The notes: generated by a model not told the origin, from the letters alone. Counted from the stretch's first letter, positions 1 through 10,768 are shown. The stretch: 64,000 nt of DNA from Bradymonadia bacterium (GCA_046290225.1 JBKAGE010000034.1:448001-512000), one strand, 5' to 3'. Made by a program: numbers and translations.

Positions 1-806
1 AGGATCGCCAGGATCTGATCGCCATCGGTGACGTTGCCCTTCTCGTCGACGAGGATGCAGCGATCAGCGTCACCATCGAGGGCCACGCCGATCTGTGCCC
101 CCTCGGCTCGAACGCGCTCGGCGAGCTGCTCCGGATACAGGGCCCCCACCCCGTCGTTGATGTTCACCCCGTTGGGGCCGCAGCCCATGGCCACCACCTC
201 GGCCCCCAGCTCGGAGAGCACCTCGGGGGCCACGCGGTAGGCAGCGCCATGGGCGCAGTCCACCACGATCTTCATGCCATCGAGGGTGTACTGCCGGGGA
301 AACACCAACTTCGCAAAGACCGCATAACGGCCATGGGCATCGTCGATGCGGTATGCCCGGCCAATGTCGGCCCCCGTGGGCAGATCGCCGACGCCGGCCT
401 CGATGAGGGCCTCGAGCTCGCTCTCCACCTCGTCGGGCAGCTTGAAGCCGTCACCGGCGAAGATTTTGATACCGTTGTCCTGGAAGGCGTTGTGGCTCGC
501 CGAGATCATCACCCCGGCGTCGGCCCGCATGCCCGCGGTCATGAAAGCCACCCCAGGGGTGGGCAACGGCCCCACCAGCATGACGTTGGCCCCGGCGGAG
601 CAGAGCCCGCTGGCGAGGGCCATCTCGATCATGTAGCACGAGCGCCGGGTGTCCTTCCCGATGAGCACTCGGGGCTGGTGGCTGGAGCCCCGGGCAAGCC
701 TCACGGCGATGGCTCGACCCAGCCTGAGAGCCACCTCGGCGCTCATGGGGTGCCGATTCGCCTCGCCGCGAATGCCATCGGTGCCGAACAACGTACGCTT
801 GCCCAT
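1..806 (-). CDS. glmM: Phosphoglucosamine mutase (runs off window start)
   Basis: Not in ORF track. Manual translation from ATG at 806 gives [18 protein letters not shown]; further in are the phosphoserine motif ISASHN and the metal loop DGDADR. GGAGG upstream; follows cdaA-cdaR. Confidence 0.95.
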   Translation of the reverse strand, partial: MGKRTLFGTDGIRGEANRHPMSAEVALRLGRAIAVRLARGSSHQPRVLIGKDTRRSCYMIEMALASGLCSAGANVMLVGPLPTPGVAFMTAGMRADAGVMISASHNAFQDNGIKIFAGDGFKLPDEVESELEALIEAGVGDLPTGADIGRAYRIDDAHGRYAVFAKLVFPRQYTLDGMKIVVDCAHGAAYRVAPEVLSELGAEVVAMGCGPNGVNINDGVGALYPEQLAERVRAEGAQIGVALDGDADRCILVDEKGNVTDGDQILAI

Positions 807-882
807 AGGGGGCCTCCTTCTCCCAGATCACCCACCACCCCTCTAACTCGGGCGGTGGGCATCTCTCATACACAGCGAGCGC

Positions 883-1923
883 TCAAGGGTCTACACCCCC
901 GTCGAGGCCCCCGTCAGGCTCGAGGCTGGCGTCGGGGCCCGCGTCGGGTGGCGGGGGTTTCGGCTCGTCTTTGCGAGCCAGGGCCGCCACCGAAGGCGAC
1001 AAACCGCCGAGGCGGAGACCGTTGGGCAAATCGAATTTGATGGGCCGCTCTTGGAGCCCTCGGCGCTTGGGATCGATGTCAGAGGCGTCGACATACGCCT
1101 CCAGGGCTTCGGCGTCGAGGCGTGCCAGGGCCCTTTGCGGGCCGTGCAGGGTGATGTTCACCGTCGCCGGGCTCACCTCGTAGATGCCCCCATCGGCAGG
1201 CAGAGAGCGAATCACCACCGGGCGACCACTCAGCACCCGCGTGCCCTGTCGCTCCTCGATCTCCAAAGTGACCGTGTAGCTCTGCGGGCCCAGGAACACC
1301 ACGTTCTCGGGCGCCCTCGCAAGTCGGGCCGTGAGGGTGGCCGAGCGCTCTCGCCCGCTCAGCTTGATGGTCTCTGTCTGCACCTCGGTGATGGCGTTCA
1401 CTTGAGAGGCAGGGCCCTTCACGGTGACCTCGTCGGGCTCCACCGTCTTCTGCACCACCCGGAAGTCCCGGGCAGGCTCCCCCTCTGTGTTCACCCGCAC
1501 CGGGCGACGCGCCACCACCTCGGCTTCGAACTGCACCATCATCGCCGGCGGCCTGATCGATCGGATCACCAGCCCCCGTGGCAGCTTGAACATCTCCCGC
1601 TCGAAGGTCAGCTGCTCGTTCTCGAAGCCCGTGAGGTTGAGATCGAGGAACTCGGGGAACTGGGCCTCCAGATCCCGCAGGCGGCTGAACTTGCCCTCGA
1701 TGGTGAGGGTGATGCTCTCCACCAGGGGGCTCACCAGGATCCGCTCTACAGGGTGGGCCACCCGCACGCGCACACTGCGGTTCACCACAGCGGTCTTGTC
1801 TTCGCGCACCAGCACAAAGAGCACCACCGCCAGGGCCAGGGCCACCGCCTTCTGCGTAAAGTTTCGAGTCAGCGTGCGATAGAGCCAGGGGCGGCGACGC
1901 TCACCAGAGAACGGCTCGGTCAT
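883..1923 (-). CDS. cdaR: CdaR/YbbR-like diadenylate cyclase regulator
   Basis: N-terminal TM helix, repeated YbbR-like motifs (VEPDEVTVKGP, VSPATVNITLHGP); lies between cdaA and glmM. Confidence 0.85.
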   Translation of the reverse strand: MTEPFSGERRRPWLYRTLTRNFTQKAVALALAVVLFVLVREDKTAVVNRSVRVRVAHPVERILVSPLVESITLTIEGKFSRLRDLEAQFPEFLDLNLTGFENEQLTFEREMFKLPRGLVIRSIRPPAMMVQFEAEVVARRPVRVNTEGEPARDFRVVQKTVEPDEVTVKGPASQVNAITEVQTETIKLSGRERSATLTARLARAPENVVFLGPQSYTVTLEIEERQGTRVLSGRPVVIRSLPADGGIYEVSPATVNITLHGPQRALARLDAEALEAYVDASDIDPKRRGLQERPIKFDLPNGLRLGGLSPSVAALARKDEPKPPPPDAGPDASLEPDGGLDGGVDP

Positions 1924-2831
1924 CCGTCCACCCCCTGATCAGCCTGAGTCTGAGCCTCGCCCTTTCGCTTGTCCTTGCGTCGCAGCTCCAGGGCCCCCGG
2001 GAGCACCGACACCACACTGCCTCCTCGACGGAACAGGCCACCCGGGCGCTGGATCAACAGCTCGGTGAGCCGATCACGCAACACCGTCACCGACAGGTCG
2101 AGCTCCAAGGCCCCTTCTACGGCGAGGGAGACCGTACCCCGCTCTTCGCTGATGACGATGACCACGGCGTCGACCTCTTCAGCGAGGCCCAGGGCCGCCC
2201 GGTGCCGGGTGCCCAGGCTGCGATCGAGGTGAGGGTTCACGCTCATGGGCAGGAACACGCCCGAGGCGACCGCCCTGCCCTCGCGGATCACCGTGGCGCC
2301 GTCGTGGAGCGGGTTCTGACGCTCGGGAATGAAGATGGCGTGGAGCAGCTCTTTCGACACCCGGGCATCGAGCTTGGTGCTGTCTTCCATATAAGGCGTC
2401 AGATCGCCTCCCCGCTCGATGGCCATGAGGCCCCCGATGTGCTGGTTCGAGAGGGTGACAGAGGCCTTCACCAGTTCGTCGACGATCTGGGACTCAGCGC
2501 CGCTGCCAAAGCGCTGAAGAATTTGGGCGCGGCCAAACTGCGTCAGCGCTCGGCGAATGTCCGACTGGAACAACACCACCACGATGAGCAGCAGAGAGCC
2601 GATGAACTTCTCCAGCAGCCAGTTGAAGGTGGCCAGGCCGAGGAAGGCCTCCTGACTGAGGAAGAACAATAAGATGATGGCCAGCAGGCCGATGAGCATG
2701 GGCACCGCGCGGGTACCCTTGATGATGAGCAGGAACCGATAGATCAGGTAGTAGACGATGAGGATGTCGAGGGTCGTGAGGATCCATCCCCTCAGATCCC
2801 ACAGCAGGAAGCCTGCCTCCTCTCCACCCAC
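1920..2831 (-). CDS. cdaA: Membrane diadenylate cyclase CdaA (c-di-AMP synthase)
   Basis: Three N-terminal hydrophobic helices; DAC motifs PLHDGA and LGTRHRAALG; SEERG. Confidence 0.93.
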   Translation of the reverse strand: MGGEEAGFLLWDLRGWILTTLDILIVYYLIYRFLLIIKGTRAVPMLIGLLAIILLFFLSQEAFLGLATFNWLLEKFIGSLLLIVVVLFQSDIRRALTQFGRAQILQRFGSGAESQIVDELVKASVTLSNQHIGGLMAIERGGDLTPYMEDSTKLDARVSKELLHAIFIPERQNPLHDGATVIREGRAVASGVFLPMSVNPHLDRSLGTRHRAALGLAEEVDAVVIVISEERGTVSLAVEGALELDLSVTVLRDRLTELLIQRPGGLFRRGGSVVSVLPGALELRRKDKRKGEAQTQADQGVDG

Positions 2832-2857
2832 GTCGATCTCTCCCTTCCTTCAGCGCC

Positions 2858-3706
2858 CTACAGGGCGTTCGTCCTGGTCTCCGCGATCGCCTTGGCGATC
2901 CGCACCACGTCTCTCATCTCGGCTACGTCGTGCACGCGCACCACGTGGGCCCCTTCAGAGACACAGCAGGCCACGGCCGCTGCGGTCCCCCACTGGCGGG
3001 CCTCCACAGGCTGATCTGTGAGGGCACCGATGAACGACTTGCGCGACACCCCCATGAGCACCGGCCGCTCCAGCTCTGCCCAGCGCGGCAGGCCTGTGAT
3101 CAATTGCAAGTTCTGGGGCACAGTCTTGCCAAAACCAATGCCCGGATCGAGGCAGATGGCCTCGGGGCTCACCCCTGCGCCTTCGGCGCGGGCCATGGCC
3201 GCCTTGAGTCGATTCATGGCCAGCGCAGTGATGTCATCAGCAGACAAATCGCCGGACTGCATCGTCTGCGGATTGCCTCGCATGTGCATCAAGACCAGGC
3301 CCGCCCCCGACTCTGCCGCCACAGAGGCCATCTCAGGATCGCAGAGGGCGGTGATGTCGTTGATGATGTCTGCCCCCGCATCGACCGCCTGGCGCGCCAC
3401 TGCGGCCTTGCAAGTGTCAATGGAGATGCTCACCGAAGTGTGTGCTCTCAACCCCTCGATCACCGGGATCACCCTGGAGAGCTCTTGTTCTACAGACACC
3501 GGCTCAGCGCCAGGGCGAGAAGACTCACCGCCGACGTCGAGGATCTGCGCCCCCTGCTCCACCATACTCAACCCAGCCTCGATGGCACGGCGTGCGTCGA
3601 GGTGCAGACCGCCGTCGGAGAAGGAGTCAGGTGTGGTGTTGATGACGCCCATGAGGATCACGGGGCCCGGCCACTCGAAGGTGCCGAGAGGGGTTCGCCA
3701 GCGCAC
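2858..3706 (-). CDS. folP: Dihydropteroate synthase
   Basis: MGVINTTPDSFSDGG, DVGGESSRPG, DPGIGFGK, SRKSF, RVHDV. Confidence 0.97.
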   Translation of the reverse strand: MRWRTPLGTFEWPGPVILMGVINTTPDSFSDGGLHLDARRAIEAGLSMVEQGAQILDVGGESSRPGAEPVSVEQELSRVIPVIEGLRAHTSVSISIDTCKAAVARQAVDAGADIINDITALCDPEMASVAAESGAGLVLMHMRGNPQTMQSGDLSADDITALAMNRLKAAMARAEGAGVSPEAICLDPGIGFGKTVPQNLQLITGLPRWAELERPVLMGVSRKSFIGALTDQPVEARQWGTAAAVACCVSEGAHVVRVHDVAEMRDVVRIAKAIAETRTNAL

Positions 3707-3886
3707 GGGCTTCGATCACCTCCACCGGTCAGCAGTTCATGGGGAGCTCGACAGAGGCCCTGTCAGCTCAGGGCCCTTCATCTCAAGGTGAAGACACTCT
3801 AACGCCTTGAGGCCCATAGAAAAAACACTTGGTAAAAAAAGACAGTTTCCCCATCTGGGCGCCCATGGTCATGAAGCGCCTCAACG

Positions 3887-3918
3887 AAAAAAGGCCGACT
3901 CTCTACAGAGCCGGCCTT
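3887..3918 (-). terminator. Intrinsic terminator after ftsH
   Basis: Minus strand AAGGCCGGCTCT-GTAG-AGAGTCGGCC followed by TTTTTT. Confidence 0.75.
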
Positions 3919-3949
3919 CGACGTCGAGCGTGCGCTCGAGATGGCGGAA

Positions 3950-5869
<1,920 letters not shown>

Positions 5870-5969
5870 GAGATTCCTCTGTGGGTGTAAGGGAGAATTC
5901 GGCCCGAAAGCCCCGCCTGAAGCGGGCGAGGCGGCACGGGGACGAAGCTAGCACGCAGACATTAAGCAC

Positions 5970-5986
5970 AGCAACTCGAGGGCCAA
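5970..5986 (-). promoter_or_regulatory. Candidate sigma54 (-24/-12) promoter for ftsH
   Basis: Minus strand TTGGCCCTCGAGTTGCT = TGGC-N7-TTGCT with exact GG-N10-GC spacing, about 100 bp upstream of the ftsH start. Confidence 0.5.
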
Positions 5987-6190
5987 CCCCCAAAATGCAC
6001 GGCTGATGGGCATGTGCTCTTTGTTTAATGAGCACAACGCCTGTGTGCCTGCGCTGATTCCTTGGACGCCTCAAGATGCCCAGTGGATTCCTCTGAAACA
6101 TCAGCGACCTCATACATTGAGCACATCGGCACGGGGTCTCGAGGAACGTAAGCCCAATTCATCGCCTTGGTGATGGGCCATTTCACAGCC

Positions 6191-7159
6191 TCAGCGCGAA
6201 GGGTCGGCGACGATCTCCACCCAGTCACGCGAGTGCCTCAACAGCCATCCTCCAGGCAGCTGCCACTGCCCGGTATGGTGCAAGCGCATCAGGGCCAGAT
6301 CGAGGTGTTTGCCACCTCCTCGGGGCATCGGCGCGCTGATCGCCTCGGCCCAAAGATGCCGGAGCGCCAACCGTCGCAATCCCTCAGGCGCCTTGAGCAG
6401 CGCCGTTCGAGAGAGTGCCAGGGGTGATTCTGGGCGTGTGCTCTCCTCAAGCCACCCCGACAGCAAGTAGTCGAGGGCTTCGCAATCACTCTGGAGCCTC
6501 GAGGCGGCCCGAGCCGTCCCGGCGCGCCAGTGAGGGCCCAAAGCAACATCCAAGCCTTCCAGAGCCCCATGGCGTACGCGATTGCGCAGAAATTTGTCGG
6601 AGGTGTTGGTGGGATCCTCTCGCCAGGGCACACCAAATCGTTCGGCGTGCTCAGCGATCTCGCTCCGCGTCACCATGAGCATGGGCCGAACAACACCTGG
6701 GCGACGACGGAGGATGCCACGGGCGCCGTGTACCCCCACCCCTGTGGACAGCCGCATCAACAACGTCTCCGCCTGGTCGTCCGCGGTGTGCCCCGTGGCC
6801 ACGGATGCCCCCAACTCTGCCCCCCGCCGCAACAACGCAGCATAGCGGGCATGACGAGCGGCCCCTTCGACGCCATCTCCCGCGACATCACAGGTCACGG
6901 CGATCAGCTCCGCCGGGCAACCCCAGCTGCGGGCGACACGCACCACCCATTCTGCATCTGCTCGGGCGTCTGGCCGCAGCTGATGATCAACAGTGATCAC
7001 GTGCAGGGGCCCCACCTGGGCGAGACACAGAGCATGGAGCATCACCATGGAGTCCCGCCCTCCGCTGCACGCCACCACCATCCCTGAACCGATGTGTGCG
7101 CCCACGGCGCGTCGGATCGCGGTGCACACAGGCCCCGTGCCCACTGTCGAACGCCTCAC
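6191..7159 (-). CDS. tilS: tRNA(Ile)-lysidine synthetase (short form)
   Basis: PP-loop SGGRDS, VDHQLR, GHTADDQAET, EDPTN, RNRVR; upstream of ftsH. Confidence 0.93.
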   Translation of the reverse strand: MRRSTVGTGPVCTAIRRAVGAHIGSGMVVACSGGRDSMVMLHALCLAQVGPLHVITVDHQLRPDARADAEWVVRVARSWGCPAELIAVTCDVAGDGVEGAARHARYAALLRRGAELGASVATGHTADDQAETLLMRLSTGVGVHGARGILRRRPGVVRPMLMVTRSEIAEHAERFGVPWREDPTNTSDKFLRNRVRHGALEGLDVALGPHWRAGTARAASRLQSDCEALDYLLSGWLEESTRPESPLALSRTALLKAPEGLRRLALRHLWAEAISAPMPRGGGKHLDLALMRLHHTGQWQLPGGWLLRHSRDWVEIVADPSR

Positions 7160-7169
7160 GACAACAGCC

Positions 7170-7946
7170 TCACGGTGTCGATGGCAACCACAGGGCAGCC
7201 CCTTCCAGCATGGCCTTCATCGCGGAGGTCGGGTACAGCGCCTCGCCAGGTTTGTCGTGCAGCCCCCAGAGGGGCGCCGAGACCAGGGTGGCGAGTTGAC
7301 CATCGCGATCGACGACAGGTGTGCCCGACGGCAACATCACCCCTGGAGACCACCGATAGAATTGATACGGCTTGGGTGCCTGCGCCACGATCCCGACAGG
7401 CACGAGCGCAGGTGCTCCTCCTGAACCATCGAGCACCACCGCCCAGCGACGCGCCCCAGGCTCAAGCGTGGTCAGCGTCGTGGTGTCCACTGAGGTGGCT
7501 TTGGAGGACCCCGGCTTCGACTCGGGCTTGGCCACATCGAGGATCACCAGCCCCTGCTCGACCTTCACCATGCCCGGGGCTGCAGCACGCCACGGGCCAT
7601 CGGCCACTTGCACCTCGATGACGTCCTCGTCTTCCGACGGCCAGCCCGTGACCAGGCGTTCCACCGTGAGCACCCGGCCAGGGGCGAGCAGCCAGCCATA
7701 TGCCGAGGGTTCGAAGACCGGCCGAGCGCTCACTGCGGGCGGTATACGTCGACGCACGCGCACGACACGAGGCGCCATCTGGGCAGCGAAGGCCTGTCTG
7801 CTTTGTACGCTCAACAACTGAGCATCAGCAGATCCGGGAGAGATTCTGCCCGTAGATGCTTTTGAAGGCGGCCCCCCACCCTGGCCCCATGCATGCCCCC
7901 ACAGGAGGCAGAGCAATACGAAGGGGTGGGTCATGCGGTGCAACAT
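7170..7946 (-). CDS. Secreted protein with degenerate trypsin-like (S1) fold
   Basis: Signal-peptide-like N-terminus; GWLLAPGRVLTVERLV and PSGTPVVDRDGQL resemble S1 motifs but the His is absent. Confidence 0.55.
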   Translation of the reverse strand: MLHRMTHPFVLLCLLWGHAWGQGGGPPSKASTGRISPGSADAQLLSVQSRQAFAAQMAPRVVRVRRRIPPAVSARPVFEPSAYGWLLAPGRVLTVERLVTGWPSEDEDVIEVQVADGPWRAAAPGMVKVEQGLVILDVAKPESKPGSSKATSVDTTTLTTLEPGARRWAVVLDGSGGAPALVPVGIVAQAPKPYQFYRWSPGVMLPSGTPVVDRDGQLATLVSAPLWGLHDKPGEALYPTSAMKAMLEGAALWLPSTP

Positions 7947-8235
7947 TCTTCACTCCGACCTGGAGGTCGATTTTGAGACTGTCTTGTTCGAGTGGTCCAA
8001 TGTATGCCCAACCACCACACCAGCCACGCATCGACACAGTCGTGGCCACAGCGGTGCCGGGTCTGGACCGACCCATGATTAAAGAAATTCGAACCAACCG
8101 GGAACCTTCTCGTCTCGACGCTGTCGAAGGAGCCAGTTCTCGAAAGTTCCGGCCTCGATCTCACGGATTGAGCGAGGCACGACACAATTGACGTTCGGGT
8201 GACAACCCGGCGACCCCACGAGACCGGCACCATCC

Positions 8236-8264
8236 TTGACCGGGAAGAGGGCCATGGCTAGGAT
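8236..8264 (+). promoter_or_regulatory. Sigma70-type promoter for the TonB-like gene
   Basis: TTGACC-17bp-TAGGAT; argues for ATG 8298 rather than GTG 8268 as start. Confidence 0.6.
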
Positions 8265-8297
8265 GCCGTGTCCTTCGACCGGCTGTCGGTCAGGCAA

Positions 8298-9665
8298 ATG
8301 GCCAAAACCTCGTTGAATATCGGGGAATTGAGTGGCCAGAGGAGTCGACATTTGAGCGCAGAAGACCTGACCAATCTACGCGTAGCCGTCCTGTGGCACG
8401 ACTCGGTGGTGGTCGAGAAGGTGATCCCCACAGGCAAGCCGGTAACCATCGGTGAGGGCCTGAAGAACACCCTCGTCCTGCCCGACGCCGCAGACATCGG
8501 CAACTCTCACCTGCTCTTCACACCAGAGAGCGGTGGCAGCTACACCCTGAACCTGACCAGCGACATGAAGGGTCGGATTCGCCACGACGGCGATGAGACT
8601 CAGATCGACGACCTTCGCAAGAAGAAGGGCAACTCGATCAGCATCAACGGTCATGATTGGGGCGTGGTCGATCTCGGTCCTCTGGCGGTGTTCTTCCAGT
8701 TCGTCGGCGACTCCGAGAAGATCGCCAAGAAGCCGTTCTGGGCCAACATGGAGACCGCCTTCCTCGGCGCTCTCCTCGCCGCCCTGCTGATCCAGTTCTC
8801 CTTCCTCATCGCTGCCTTCGTCTTCTGGGAAGAAGAGCCCGAGCTCACGGCCCTCGATCTGAGTGATCGGTTCGTGAAGTACATCGTGGAGAAGCCGCCC
8901 CCGGAGATCGAGGAAGAGGTCGAGGAAGAGTCCGTCGACGAAGATGTCGGTAAGAAGGCCGGCGGCGAAGAGGGCAAGTTCGGCGAAGAGGACAAGATCG
9001 AGAAGTCCAAGGTGCCGAAGCGCGACGGTGAGATGGTCGACAAGATCAAAGACGTCGGCATCCACAAGGCGCTGGGGTCCAACCTCATCGCCCAGGGTCC
9101 ACTGAAGAACGTCTTCGGTGACAAGACCGGCTTCGACAGCAAGCTGAACGCTGCCATGAGCGGCATCGGTGACGAGCTGGTGGTTGGCCAGGGCGCTGGC
9201 GGCATGGGCCTCAAGGGCACCGGCTCCGGCGGCGGTGGTGAGGGCTTCGGCCGCATCCACGGCATGGGTCGCATCGACACCGGTGGTGGCCGTGGCACCC
9301 GCGCCAAGCTCGGCAAGAAGGGCAAGCGCAAGAAGAAGTCCCGCGTGAAGCGCGGCAAGGCCCTCGTCGGCGACTTCTGCAAGCAGTCCGACATTCTGAA
9401 GGTGGTGAACCGCCGTCAGCGCGGCCTGCAGTACTGCTACGAGAAGGAGCTACAGCGCAACCCCGAGCTCCAGGGTAAGGTCTCGATGTCCTGGCGCATC
9501 GGCCTCGACGGTAAGGTCATGAAGGTGCTCATCGAGAGCAGCTCCCTGGGCAGCCCCACTGTTGAAGGCTGCATGAAGCGCAACATCAGCCGCTGGCGCT
9601 TCCCCAAGCCCAACGGCGGTATCTGCCAGGTCAAGTTCCCCTTCGTCTTCAGCGCAGGGCTCTAA
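8298..9665 (+). CDS. AgmX/PglI-type C-terminal domain TonB-like protein (GltG-like, gliding-associated family)
   Basis: FHA-like N-terminus, one TM helix, acidic then Gly-rich linker, C-terminal LQYCYEKELQRNPELQGKV...EGC...RWRFPKP...VKFPFVF. Confidence 0.8.
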   Translation: MAKTSLNIGELSGQRSRHLSAEDLTNLRVAVLWHDSVVVEKVIPTGKPVTIGEGLKNTLVLPDAADIGNSHLLFTPESGGSYTLNLTSDMKGRIRHDGDETQIDDLRKKKGNSISINGHDWGVVDLGPLAVFFQFVGDSEKIAKKPFWANMETAFLGALLAALLIQFSFLIAAFVFWEEEPELTALDLSDRFVKYIVEKPPPEIEEEVEEESVDEDVGKKAGGEEGKFGEEDKIEKSKVPKRDGEMVDKIKDVGIHKALGSNLIAQGPLKNVFGDKTGFDSKLNAAMSGIGDELVVGQGAGGMGLKGTGSGGGGEGFGRIHGMGRIDTGGGRGTRAKLGKKGKRKKKSRVKRGKALVGDFCKQSDILKVVNRRQRGLQYCYEKELQRNPELQGKVSMSWRIGLDGKVMKVLIESSSLGSPTVEGCMKRNISRWRFPKPNGGICQVKFPFVFSAGL

Positions 9666-9673
9666 CGGGCTCC

Positions 9674-9828
9674 GGCGCTCCGGCGGCGCCAGCCGCCCTG
9701 AGCGCGGCGATTTCACGAACAGCTCCGACCTTTCCGTCCTCGGCGCAGCGCTGCTGCGCCTGCGGGTGAAAGCCCGCATCTGCACGCGAACTCCCCACGC
9801 TCAGGACGACTGTCGCCACCTCCGCGCC
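9674..9828. repeat. 155-nt ungapped imperfect palindrome (MITE/REP-like element or structured RNA)
   Basis: Arms 9682-9722 and 9780-9820 match at 31/41 positions; apex GGCGCAGC-GCT-GCTGCGCC shares the centre at 9751. Confidence 0.75.
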
Positions 9829-9999
9829 TCCGCGGGGCAGGTGCTTGGCGTTTTTCTGATTGAGAGAGTTGATTGTGGGGTGGCCGGGGATCCTCCAACC
9901 CACCCCCATTCCTTGCCTTCATCTGACACCTCCCTCAGCTGACTCGGCCCTTCTCCCTCACCTCCAGTCAATCCCGAGAAGGAAGAGCCCCCATCAAGC

Positions 10000-10133
10000 C
10001 GTAGGCGCGGAGCGTGAGACGGAAGCACCGCCCAGACGCCGCAGATCGGCGCTCAGGTACGCACTGAAAGATTCGCAGGCGCGGAGCGTGAGCCGCAGAT
10101 CGGCGCTCAGGCACGCACTGAAAGACTCGTAGG
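10000..10133. repeat. Degenerate 54-bp tandem repeat
   Basis: GCCGCAGATCGGCGCTCAGGYACGCACTGAAAGAYTCGYAGG at 10038 and 10092; the unit tail CGYAGGCGCGGAGCGTGAG also at 10000. Confidence 0.85.
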
Positions 10134-10226
10134 TGCAGATAAGAAGACGCGGAGCAATAGAGGAAACAGAAGGAGGGAATGCTTGACTTGTATGCGGGGG
10201 TAGGATAAACAGGCGCCCGAAGCGGG

Positions 10227-10391
10227 TCAGAGATCGATGATGATCACGCGGGAGGGTTCTTCCTCCTCTTCCTGCTCACGCTCCTTCGGCTCCTCACGAT
10301 CGAGGGGCAGGCGAAGAGCAGGGCGCTCGTAGATACGGCGGCGCTCCTCTTCGCGGCGGCGGATTTGTTCGATGATGTATGCGTCCAGCAT
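10227..10391 (-). CDS. 54-aa charged small protein (below ORF-track cutoff)
   Basis: MLDAYIIEQIRRREEERRRIYERPALRLPLDREEPKEREQEEEEEPSRVIIIDL; GGAGGTG Shine-Dalgarno; codon usage matches the genome. Confidence 0.8.
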   Translation of the reverse strand: MLDAYIIEQIRRREEERRRIYERPALRLPLDREEPKEREQEEEEEPSRVIIIDL

Positions 10392-10768
10392 GATTCACCT
10401 CCGAATCATGAGTAGATTTGTGCATATCGCGGTTGCCCGAAAATCAGTCAACCCAGTCTATCAGATTCACGTGCGCAAACCTGATTGTGGAACCTTGTCC
10501 CAGGTACCTTAATCACGGCTGAGCGCGGTGACAGGTTGAATTTTGCATCAGTGCCCGGGTCAACGCAAACCGATGTAGGAAAACGTATGCATTGTGCATG
10601 AGTTCCAGCGGTTCGTTTTCCCGCGACATGTCACAGAACCAGGCCCATCAAAATCAGCTTACTCTTCTTGCAGACCCGGTACAGCATTTCTCATTCATCT
10701 AAACGCTGTTTTTGTCACCGGCGCCGCTCATTCTTGAGGATGAGCCAGACATCCCCATGGATTCTTTC

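Noticed and set aside
7931..8351. Short ORFs in the divergent gap before the TonB-like gene
   Set aside because: Atypical composition and no motifs; region better explained as promoter DNA
9860..10020. Possible c-di-AMP (ydaO) riboswitch from TCAGCTGACTCGG and CCGTAGGCG fragments
   Set aside because: Other conserved segments are missing and there is no downstream gene on that strand
10000..10133. Possible mini CRISPR array
   Set aside because: Units are contiguous without unique spacers and no cas genes are present
10183..10211. TTGACT-17-TAAACA antisense promoter suggesting a type I toxin-antitoxin pair
   Set aside because: Weak -10 and the small protein is highly charged, unlike type I toxins
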